Translations under genes and position numbers: made by a program
The notes under the pieces: model-generated
Seen by the model: only the letters and a program-made list of their open reading frames with translations
Told to the model about the DNA's origin: nothing
Databases searched by the model: none
Shown here: in pieces, positions 56,842-64,000 of the stretch
Layout of the letters: each line of letters starts with the position of its first letter
How positions within the stretch are numbered: the first letter of the stretch is position 1
Assembly (NCBI GenBank): GCA_041660605.1
Contig: JBAZWB010000003.1
Coordinates: 18,680-82,679 of the forward strand
Length of the DNA stretch: 64,000 nt
Direction: 5' to 3'
Origin: Patescibacteria group bacterium
Lineage (GTDB): Bacteria > Patescibacteriota > Patescibacteriia > UBA10025 > JAHIVO01

Positions 56842-56877
56842 AAACGAAAAGTCTCCACCAAGCATGGTGGCGGAGAC
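56842..56877 (-). terminator. Rho-independent terminator for the cupin PGI gene.
   Basis: Minus strand: GTCTCCGCCACCA..TGGTGGAGAC followed by TTTTCGTTT. Confidence 0.45.
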
Positions 56878-56989
56878 CGGTTTATTAAACCTTACCATCA
56901 CTTTACAACAACTAAAAATTTAAACAATAGCTACTTTTTCCCCAGCTGTTCCTTGAAACAATCAGCGCCGTGAAAGATGAATAATTATT

Positions 56990-57601
56990 TTATTCTTCAA
57001 CCACCGGCAGCCCACCAAAATCCTCTTTCCGGATCTCTTTGTATAGCTTATTCCGGATCAGAGCAGGCTTACCGTCCCGCTCAACGACATAATAGGCAAA
57101 GCCGTGCATTTGTTCAACAAGTTCATAATCAGCATGGCCAGGCATGCCAGCCGGGTCTTGATCTCCGAAGTTAACCGGGCTGTTATCAGCAGTTACGAAA
57201 TAAGTCCTGCCAATATTGGCGAAAAGATGGCCAAGGCCTGGCGCCATATAAATTTCATCACCGGGTTTGACGATTTGCGCCTTAAACTCCTCGACGACAT
57301 CAGGAATCATGTTGCCCTGCTGGTCAGTGGCCAGTTTTTGCAATACGGCCACTCCCTCACCATAGGCAATCCAGTAGGTCTCATCAATCTGTCCAACATG
57401 ATAGTGACCATAGGTTTTGATGTATTCACCGCTGATCGTGCCTATTTCCCAGATAGTAATATTTCTTTGTTCCTTGCCACCGCGAATCATGTAGTAATGA
57501 TTGGCCGGTCCCGCGCCATCTGGGTCCATCAGCACTTCGATCATTTTCTCATGAATACGGGGGGCATAATGCTTGGCGACATTGGTGAAATCAATATTCA
57601 T
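56990..57601 (-). CDS. Cupin-type glucose-6-phosphate isomerase (archaeal-type cPGI) candidate.
   Basis: About 200 aa, a cupin. TYGHYH metal-site motif and a conserved Glu. It sits next to a mannose-6-phosphate isomerase gene. Confidence 0.5.
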   Translation of the reverse strand: MNIDFTNVAKHYAPRIHEKMIEVLMDPDGAGPANHYYMIRGGKEQRNITIWEIGTISGEYIKTYGHYHVGQIDETYWIAYGEGVAVLQKLATDQQGNMIPDVVEEFKAQIVKPGDEIYMAPGLGHLFANIGRTYFVTADNSPVNFGDQDPAGMPGHADYELVEQMHGFAYYVVERDGKPALIRNKLYKEIRKEDFGGLPVVEE

Positions 57602-57614
57602 AGTTTATATAATA

Positions 57615-58739
57615 TTAATTAAGATATGTTTTTAAGACAACTGACGGTTTATTCGCCTGAAGCGAGTAGCCGGCTATTGAAGCTGGGACCAGGCAGCTGT
57701 GCCCTTGGCTAAGCCGCAGGCGGCCACCAGGGCAAACGACCTCAACCGCTCCGTCACGGACAAAGAGATGATGAAACGATCCATTGAGCATGAGATGTTT
57801 TATTTTTGTTATCTCAATAATATCAAGGCTGTAATGCTTTGTCGATAGTAATTGTTTACCCCTTGGCTTACTGAAAAAACTTTCTGGTACGTTTCTTGTC
57901 GGATCAGTATCTAAGAAATCAAAATAGTCATTGATTTGCAGTGGGCGGATAGTACCATCATCTTTTATCTTACCCTGATCAAAACATCTGATGGTTGAGG
58001 CCTCATCCATTTTATCTGCCTGGATTTCAAAAACCACGTTTCCTAACGGCGAGGCATCAGAATTGTCCTCCCACGAGTGGTGCAAACCGCCCGCCGAGAG
58101 ATCAACGAGCGAGTGTTTTGGTATGGGTACTATATTAACAAACTGCCAGGGATTTTCTTGGCGAACAAGCTCGTGGGCTTTTTTCCGCGCTTGTTCAATA
58201 GTTATCAATTTATCCAAAACCTGCCCGCTGAGTTGCTGCATGGCCTGATCAATTTTATTGCAAACCGCATGGTATCTGGCGACATCAATATTTGGTTGCA
58301 GGCCGAGTGTCGCCAACCCTGGCTCCAGGAAATACCAGGACTCCGGTTTTGGCTGCCAATGCGGGTGCTGAATGCCCGGTGGCACATGAAGCTGGAAAGA
58401 ATTGCCGAGCGCCTGAGTAAACTTTATAAGCAAAGACAAATTTGTCCGCCCTTCACCAAGGACAGCTTCAGGGTTTTGGGTAATTAAATCAGAGATTGAA
58501 ACCTTTTTAATTGATATGGCTGATCCCTCCGGCCCAAACCGTTCATCAGCAGAGTCGGTACAGTCAATTGCCAAAAAAGATTGGCCGGATAATTCGTAGC
58601 TCTGACCAATTTTTTTGCTTTTAAATTCAGGACGGTTATCCCAACCCTTTAATTGCGCAATAAATGAACCGCCCCAGGTGGGTTGTTCAATGAATTTCGG
58701 GATGATGAGATAGGGTTGGTTAAGAGGGTACATGATCAT
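57615..58739 (-). CDS. manA: Mannose-6-phosphate isomerase, class I.
   Basis: QPTWGG..YELSG and LSLLIKFTQALGNSFQLHVPP correspond to the PMI type I zinc-site blocks. Confidence 0.55.
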   Translation of the reverse strand: MIMYPLNQPYLIIPKFIEQPTWGGSFIAQLKGWDNRPEFKSKKIGQSYELSGQSFLAIDCTDSADERFGPEGSAISIKKVSISDLITQNPEAVLGEGRTNLSLLIKFTQALGNSFQLHVPPGIQHPHWQPKPESWYFLEPGLATLGLQPNIDVARYHAVCNKIDQAMQQLSGQVLDKLITIEQARKKAHELVRQENPWQFVNIVPIPKHSLVDLSAGGLHHSWEDNSDASPLGNVVFEIQADKMDEASTIRCFDQGKIKDDGTIRPLQINDYFDFLDTDPTRNVPESFFSKPRGKQLLSTKHYSLDIIEITKIKHLMLNGSFHHLFVRDGAVEVVCPGGRLRLSQGHSCLVPASIAGYSLQANKPSVVLKTYLN

Positions 58740-58889
58740 CAGAACTTAAAATTTTTTTGATTACCTCTGTATAAAACTCTCATTAATTGCCATTATTATA
58801 AAGCAAAGTGCCCGATAAATCAAATTGATTTTTTTACAAAATTATGTTATATTTAACGGGCAAATTAATATTTTTTCCGCAAAATTTAC

Positions 58890-59615
58890 ATGTCTGGCCA
58901 CTCAAAATGGACGCAAATAAAAAGACAAAAAGCGGTTACCGATAAAAGGAGAAGTGGCGTTTTTACAAAACTGGCCAACGCCATTACTATCGCTGCCAAA
59001 GAAGGGGGCGCTGATCCGGCCATGAATTTCCGGCTTCGTCTGGTCATTGAGAAAGGCAAAGAAGCCAACATGCCCAACGAAAACATTGAAAGGGCTATTA
59101 AACGCGGCAGCGGCGAACTGGACGGCGCCAGCATTGACGAGGTCATCTATGAAGGTTTTGGACCGCAGGGCGTAGCCGTAATTATTGAGGCGGCCACTGA
59201 CAGCAAAAACCGCACTACTTCTGATATTCGCAATATTCTCAATAAATACCAGGGCCATCTGGGCAATAGCGGCAGCGTCAAATGGATGTTTGAGCAAAAA
59301 GGCGCCATCAGAATCATTAAAAACCTAGTCAGCAACAAAGAAGAATTCGAATTGCAGATGATCGACGCTGGCGCTGAAGATATCCAGGAAGAAGAAGAGG
59401 GATTTACCATTGTAACTAAAGTTGGCGATTTGGGAAAAATACGCGATCTGCTTATAAAAATGAATATTAAGCCAGCCTCTTCAGAGATCGAATTCCTGCC
59501 AAAAACCAAAGTTGCCATTACCGGCGAAGAGGCAAAGGGCAAATTGAATAAAATTTTCGAGGAGCTTGAGGAGCTTGACGAGGTTAATAATTATTTTACC
59601 AATGCCAATCACTAA
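58890..59615 (+). CDS. yebC: YebC/PmpR family DNA-binding transcriptional regulator.
   Basis: MSGHSKWTQIKRQKAVTDKRRSGVFTKLANAITIAAKEGGADPAMNFRLR. Confidence 0.9.
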   Translation: MSGHSKWTQIKRQKAVTDKRRSGVFTKLANAITIAAKEGGADPAMNFRLRLVIEKGKEANMPNENIERAIKRGSGELDGASIDEVIYEGFGPQGVAVIIEAATDSKNRTTSDIRNILNKYQGHLGNSGSVKWMFEQKGAIRIIKNLVSNKEEFELQMIDAGAEDIQEEEEGFTIVTKVGDLGKIRDLLIKMNIKPASSEIEFLPKTKVAITGEEAKGKLNKIFEELEELDEVNNYFTNANH

Positions 59616-60099
59616 AAACTGCCAAACAATTTTGGGGATTGACCCGGGGTTTGCCATCACTGGCTATGGAGTGATAAAAAAGACGGGCAATCGGACAGAG
59701 ACCATCTGCAGCGGAGCCATCACCACTTCGACAAAAGAAGAATTCAGCGACAGGCTTTTCAAAATATACCAGGGCATTGAAAAAATTATCAAAAAATATA
59801 AACCCGATATTATGGCGGTAGAAGAGCTATTTTTCGCCAAGAATACGAAGACTGCCCTGAAAGTCGGGCAGGCGCGGGGCGTGGCTATTCTGGCCGGGGT
59901 AAAAAATAAACTGATCATAAAAGAATTTACGCCATTACAGGTCAAACAAGCCATTACCGGCTATGGTTTTGCCTCAAAAAATCAGATGCAGCTGATGATC
60001 AAACTGATCCTTAAGCTGAAAAAAACTCCAAAACCGGACGACGTGGCGGACGCCCTGTCCATCGCCGTCTGCTGCGGGCAGACAAAAGAATTCATATAA
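59602..60099 (+). CDS. ruvC: Holliday junction resolvase RuvC.
   Basis: ILGIDPGFAITGYGVI is the catalytic N-terminus. Canonical yebC-ruvC adjacency. Start chosen at the Met at 59602. Confidence 0.85.
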   Translation: MPITKNCQTILGIDPGFAITGYGVIKKTGNRTETICSGAITTSTKEEFSDRLFKIYQGIEKIIKKYKPDIMAVEELFFAKNTKTALKVGQARGVAILAGVKNKLIIKEFTPLQVKQAITGYGFASKNQMQLMIKLILKLKKTPKPDDVADALSIAVCCGQTKEFI

Positions 60100-60101
60100 A
60101 T

Positions 60102-61184
60102 ATGACTACGCCCATAAATATCCAAAAAATAATTTCTACCTCAAAAGAGGTAATCAAAGGATGCGCGCTGGAAAACGGCGCCATTGTTGCCGCCAATACC
60201 GACAAGGCCTATTCCCCGAGAGAAGCAGCTGACTACCGTTATGTCTGGATACGCGACGCCGCTTTCGTCTGCGTGGCGGCTGAATATCTGAAACTGCCGA
60301 TCCAGGAAAACTTTTTCAATTGGGTCAATGATCGGCCGGAAGACTTCCACACCGACAAATTATTATACTCAAATTACTCAACCAACGGCCGTATTGCTAC
60401 CATGGGCAAGCAATTCCAGGCTGACCAGACCGGAATTTTACTTTGGGTCATCCATCATTATTTTAAAAAAGATTTAAAAAAAGCTTTAAAATTCAAAGAA
60501 TTAATCCAGCGTTTAGCGGACGGCCTGGCTTCCCAGTGGGACAAGGACCATTTTGTTACGCCGACTACGGATGTCTGGGAAATGCTAGAAAGGAAAACCT
60601 CCACCCGGCTGAAAAATAATTTTACCTACTCGCTGGCTGCCTGCGTCAGAGGCCTATTCTGCGCTAACGAAATTATTCCCAATCATTTATGGAAAGAAAC
60701 TGCCATGCAGATGACGCAGCAGATTGATGAAGCCTATCAAAAAGAAAAAAAATATTTTTTTCGCAACCAGGGAGTGATCTCCGATCCGAATATTGATGCT
60801 TCAATGCTCGGCCTGGTATACCCCTGTAAAATTTATGAGGCCGACGATGCCAGAATGATAAATACCGTCCAGAAGATCGAAGAAAATATCGTAGTCAAAG
60901 GAGGAGTGCATCGTTTCCAGTTTGATTACTTTGACAGTGAGGGATCAGCCCAGGAAGGCGGCGGCGCCTGGCCGGTATTAAATTGCTGGATGTCTATTTA
61001 CTACGCCATCAAGGGCAATAAAACCAAAGCGCACCAATACTTCGACTGGGTGGTAGAGAGATCAAAAAAATTTAACTACTACCTGCCGGAGCAGTATTTC
61101 GACGATATCCGCGTCGGCATTTATCCTCTGGCCTGGAGCCATGCCATGTTTGTCATCACCGCCCGCCATTTGGGGTATATTTAA
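60102..61184 (+). CDS. Glycoside hydrolase family 15 (glucoamylase/glucodextranase-like).
   Basis: GAIVAANTDKAYSPREAADYRYVWIRDAAFV. Confidence 0.7.
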   Translation: MTTPINIQKIISTSKEVIKGCALENGAIVAANTDKAYSPREAADYRYVWIRDAAFVCVAAEYLKLPIQENFFNWVNDRPEDFHTDKLLYSNYSTNGRIATMGKQFQADQTGILLWVIHHYFKKDLKKALKFKELIQRLADGLASQWDKDHFVTPTTDVWEMLERKTSTRLKNNFTYSLAACVRGLFCANEIIPNHLWKETAMQMTQQIDEAYQKEKKYFFRNQGVISDPNIDASMLGLVYPCKIYEADDARMINTVQKIEENIVVKGGVHRFQFDYFDSEGSAQEGGGAWPVLNCWMSIYYAIKGNKTKAHQYFDWVVERSKKFNYYLPEQYFDDIRVGIYPLAWSHAMFVITARHLGYI

Positions 61185-61189
61185 AATTT

Positions 61190-62680
61190 ATGGTTAAAAT
61201 ATTTCGCATTGCCAGTATTACTTCCGAAGTCAGCCCTTATTCAAAAACTGGCGGCCTGGCCGATGTTACCAAGTCCCTGTCAAAAGCCCTGGCCAGCCTC
61301 GGACACAAGGTTTTTTTGATAACTCCGTATTATAAATTTATCAAAGAGCAAAATTTGAATCTGAAAGAAGCCGCCGTTTTTACCATTACGCTAGGCAAGG
61401 AAAAATACCCTATCTGCATAAAGTACCTTGATTTCAGCGAAAACCTGAAAATTTATTTTATCAATAATGAAAAGCTTTTTGGCTGCCGCGCGCGGGTTTA
61501 CGGATACGATGACGATAATCTGCGCTTCTTTATATTCAATATGGCGGCTCTCCGGCTGCTCGATAGCCAGAATCTGAAGCCTGACATCGTGCATGCCCAC
61601 GACTGGCAAGCCGGCACCGTACCCTATCTGATGAAAAAATACCTCAAACGCTACCCCAGCCTGAAGAAAGCCGCCACTCTTTTTACCATACATAATCTCA
61701 CTTTCCAGTCCTCCGGCGACTGGTGGCGCATACAGGAACATCACAAAGATGACGGTCTGACAGATCCTATTCGCCATCCGAATATCATTAAAACTTTGAA
61801 TTTTACCAAACGAGCCATCATGTACGCGGACGTCATCAATACCGTCAGCGAGCGTTATGCCGAAGAAATTACCACGCCGGAATTTGGCCAGGGGCTGGAT
61901 CGCTGTCTGCGGCACCGAAAAAATAACCTCTATGGCATAATTAACGGCATTGATTATACGGTGCACAATCCTGCCTATGATAATAATATTGAATATAAAT
62001 ATGACTGGAACAGCCTGCGCCGGAAAAAGAAGGACAAGCTGGCCCTGCAAAAAATCGTGGCTCTGGATAGAAACCCCGACATCCCATTAATAGGCGTAGT
62101 CAACCGTTTAACCGAGCAAAAGGGCTTTACTTTGATTATGGAAACGATTGAAACTTTGATGCGCCTACCTTTGCAGATTGTAATCGTCGGGGAGGGTTTT
62201 AAGGAATATGTTGCGTTTTTCAAAAAAGCAGCGCGGAAATACCCGAAAAAATTAGGCATCTACACGCCTTTTACCGAAGCGATGGAATCAAAAGTCTACG
62301 CCGGGTCAGATATGTTCCTGATGCCTTCGCGCTTCGAGCCCTGCGGCATCTCCCAGCTGAAAAGCCTGCGTTACGGTTCCATCCCCATTGTACATGAAAC
62401 CGGCGGGCTGTCGGACACGATTACGAATTTTAATGCAAAAACGCGCAAGGGCAATGGCTTCGTTTTCAGGCGGTTTACTACCATTGATTTCATCATCGCC
62501 CTGACGCGCGCCCTGGAAACCTACAAATACCCCCAAATCTGGGAATATTTAACCTGGCATGCCATGCAGCAGTCATATTCCTGGGAATTGCCGGCAAAAA
62601 AATACATCCAGCTCTTCAATGTGGCCATAAAAAATTTAAAATCAAGGAAAACTAATAAAGAGCTGCCTTATATCAAATAA
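61190..62680 (+). CDS. glgA: Glycogen (starch) synthase.
   Basis: SEVSPYSKTGGLADV and the C-terminal GT-B blocks. Confidence 0.9.
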   Translation: MVKIFRIASITSEVSPYSKTGGLADVTKSLSKALASLGHKVFLITPYYKFIKEQNLNLKEAAVFTITLGKEKYPICIKYLDFSENLKIYFINNEKLFGCRARVYGYDDDNLRFFIFNMAALRLLDSQNLKPDIVHAHDWQAGTVPYLMKKYLKRYPSLKKAATLFTIHNLTFQSSGDWWRIQEHHKDDGLTDPIRHPNIIKTLNFTKRAIMYADVINTVSERYAEEITTPEFGQGLDRCLRHRKNNLYGIINGIDYTVHNPAYDNNIEYKYDWNSLRRKKKDKLALQKIVALDRNPDIPLIGVVNRLTEQKGFTLIMETIETLMRLPLQIVIVGEGFKEYVAFFKKAARKYPKKLGIYTPFTEAMESKVYAGSDMFLMPSRFEPCGISQLKSLRYGSIPIVHETGGLSDTITNFNAKTRKGNGFVFRRFTTIDFIIALTRALETYKYPQIWEYLTWHAMQQSYSWELPAKKYIQLFNVAIKNLKSRKTNKELPYIK

Positions 62681-63901
62681 ATGTACTGGGCAAATTTTTT
62701 CCATATTTACCAGCCGCCAAACTGGTCTAAAGAAATTATCAAAAAAGTAGCCAAAGAAAGCTACCGCCCTTTGCTGAAAATTCTGAAAAAAAATCCAACC
62801 TTTAAAATCACGCTGAACCTCTCGGGTTCATTAACCGAACAGCTGGCTGATCAGGGTTATACCGACATTATTAATGACATAAAAAAACTGGCGGGCAGGC
62901 AGCAGATTGAAATGGTTGAGAGCGCCATGTACCATCCTATCCTCCCCTTGCTGCCGGAGGCGGAAATCATCAGGCAGATAAATTTAAATCATCACCAAAA
63001 TAAAAAGTATTTCGGTAAAAATTACCACCCTACAGGATTTTTTCCGCCGGAAATGGCCTTTAGTGAAAAAATGGGAAAAATCGTAGAGAAAATGGGATAT
63101 AAATGGATAATCGCCGATGAGATAGTGGCTTATGGGCAGCTGGGAAAAATATATTTTGATTCCGTATATAAAATTAAGGGGCAAAGAATCAAATTAGTTT
63201 TCCGCAACCGCTACTTAAGCGATTATATTTCCTTCCACAGCCAGATTAAAAAACCGGAGGATTTCTGGAAGCAGATTGCTATTGACGGCCGCAGCAAATT
63301 CTCAGTAATTACCGCGATGGACGGAGAAAATCTCGGCCACCACCGCAAAAAGTTGGATCTTTACTGGAAATTCCTGCTTAAATCAAACTATAAAAAAATA
63401 GTTACTGTCAGCGAGCTACTGAAAAAATACAAAAAAACGGAAATTATCACGCCCCACCCTGCCAGCTGGTCTTCACAGGAAGATGAATTAAAGCGGGGCG
63501 TGCCCTATGCGCTCTGGGAAGACAAGAATAACCCTATTCACTTCTATCAATGGAAGTTGCTCAATGAAGTAATTAAATTGGTAAATGACAACCGTCGGCA
63601 TGAAGAATACCCGCTGGCGCGTGCCATGCTTGACCAGGCGCTGGCTTCCGACCAATTCTGGTGGGCTTCGGCCAAACCCTGGTGGAGCCTGGATATTATC
63701 AGAGAAAAAATCGCGGAAATCGCCAGAATCCCTTCGATACTCCAAACTAAACCTGGTTCAATCGAAAAAACAGCGCTGAAAGTCGTAAACCTGGCGGAAC
63801 AATGGCAAAAAACCGGCAGATATAATAAAATTTCAGAGCAATATTTAAAAAGGTTTGATACGGTTCGGTATATCGGAGGCAAAAAGGTGGCCAGCCACTA
63901 G
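62681..63901 (+). CDS. Glycoside hydrolase family 57 protein.
   Basis: FHIYQPP N-terminal GH57 signature. Confidence 0.65.
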   Translation: MYWANFFHIYQPPNWSKEIIKKVAKESYRPLLKILKKNPTFKITLNLSGSLTEQLADQGYTDIINDIKKLAGRQQIEMVESAMYHPILPLLPEAEIIRQINLNHHQNKKYFGKNYHPTGFFPPEMAFSEKMGKIVEKMGYKWIIADEIVAYGQLGKIYFDSVYKIKGQRIKLVFRNRYLSDYISFHSQIKKPEDFWKQIAIDGRSKFSVITAMDGENLGHHRKKLDLYWKFLLKSNYKKIVTVSELLKKYKKTEIITPHPASWSSQEDELKRGVPYALWEDKNNPIHFYQWKLLNEVIKLVNDNRRHEEYPLARAMLDQALASDQFWWASAKPWWSLDIIREKIAEIARIPSILQTKPGSIEKTALKVVNLAEQWQKTGRYNKISEQYLKRFDTVRYIGGKKVASH

Positions 63902-63965
63902 GAAGTTAGTAGTTAGCCACTGGTAAGTTAGTGATTAGTCAATTGATTGTTAGTTATTAGTGAAA
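63902..63965. repeat. Array of eight TTAGT/GTTAGT motifs downstream of the GH57 gene.
   Basis: AGTTAGTAGTTAGccactggtaAGTTAGTGATTAGTcaattgattGTTAGTTATTAGTG. Confidence 0.5.
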
Positions 63966-64000
63966 AAATATGGATGATAATATAAAAGAAAATAAATTGG

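Noticed and set aside
1-64000. CRISPR arrays, tRNA, rRNA, transposase or integrase genes.
   Set aside because: No regularly spaced direct repeats and no tRNA-like cloverleaf or GTTCGA T-loop candidates were found on inspection. No ORF resembles a DDE transposase or a tyrosine or serine recombinase. The GC-rich repeats are irregularly spaced singletons, not an array.

Overview
This 64 kb window reads as a bacterial chromosomal segment from a low-GC genome (roughly 40% GC by eye). Coding density is high and most genes lie on the + strand. It carries short intergenic promoters and hairpin/T-run terminators, scattered higher-GC islands, and an unusually large share of small membrane, secreted and Cys-rich proteins. 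The overall gene repertoire resembles uncultivated small-cell lineages such as Patescibacteria, but that lineage assignment is inference only.

Genes I can name from sequence motifs: long-form urocanase (hutU), a GIY-YIG protein, an adenine-PRTase-like enzyme, two NUDIX hydrolases, a nitroreductase, an ABC-2 exporter pair, PlsC, UDP-sulfoquinovose synthase (sqdB), msrB, MgtA-type P-type ATPase, an ACP, an OPT transporter, DedA, a CapA-family metallophosphatase, galU, class I PMI, a cupin-type PGI, yebC-ruvC, and a GH15-glgA-GH57 glycogen cluster. I found no rRNA, tRNA, CRISPR array, transposase or integrase.

The five most interesting structures, in order of interest:
1. Two adjacent genes that together reconstitute a split NOX/ferric-reductase-type module. 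One is an FNR-like FAD/NAD(P) dehydrogenase with a membrane anchor. The next is a signal-peptide protein carrying a six-helix bis-heme ferric-reductase domain. Both have extracytoplasmic Pro/Ala-rich tracts.
2. A tandem triplet of TrbC/VirB2-like pilin paralogs. The first carries a ~400-aa extracellular extension with at least 9 repeats of a G-C-C motif.
3. A family of at least five GC-rich hairpin-forming intergenic repeats. They sit at the borders of higher-GC gene islands, including the one holding a lone hutU.
4. A surface-glycan locus: four GT-C-like polytopic membrane proteins plus sugar-nucleotide supply genes including sqdB.
5. A secreted PHP phosphoesterase with dockerin repeats.

Coordinates for non-ORF features were counted by hand and may be off by 1-2 nt.
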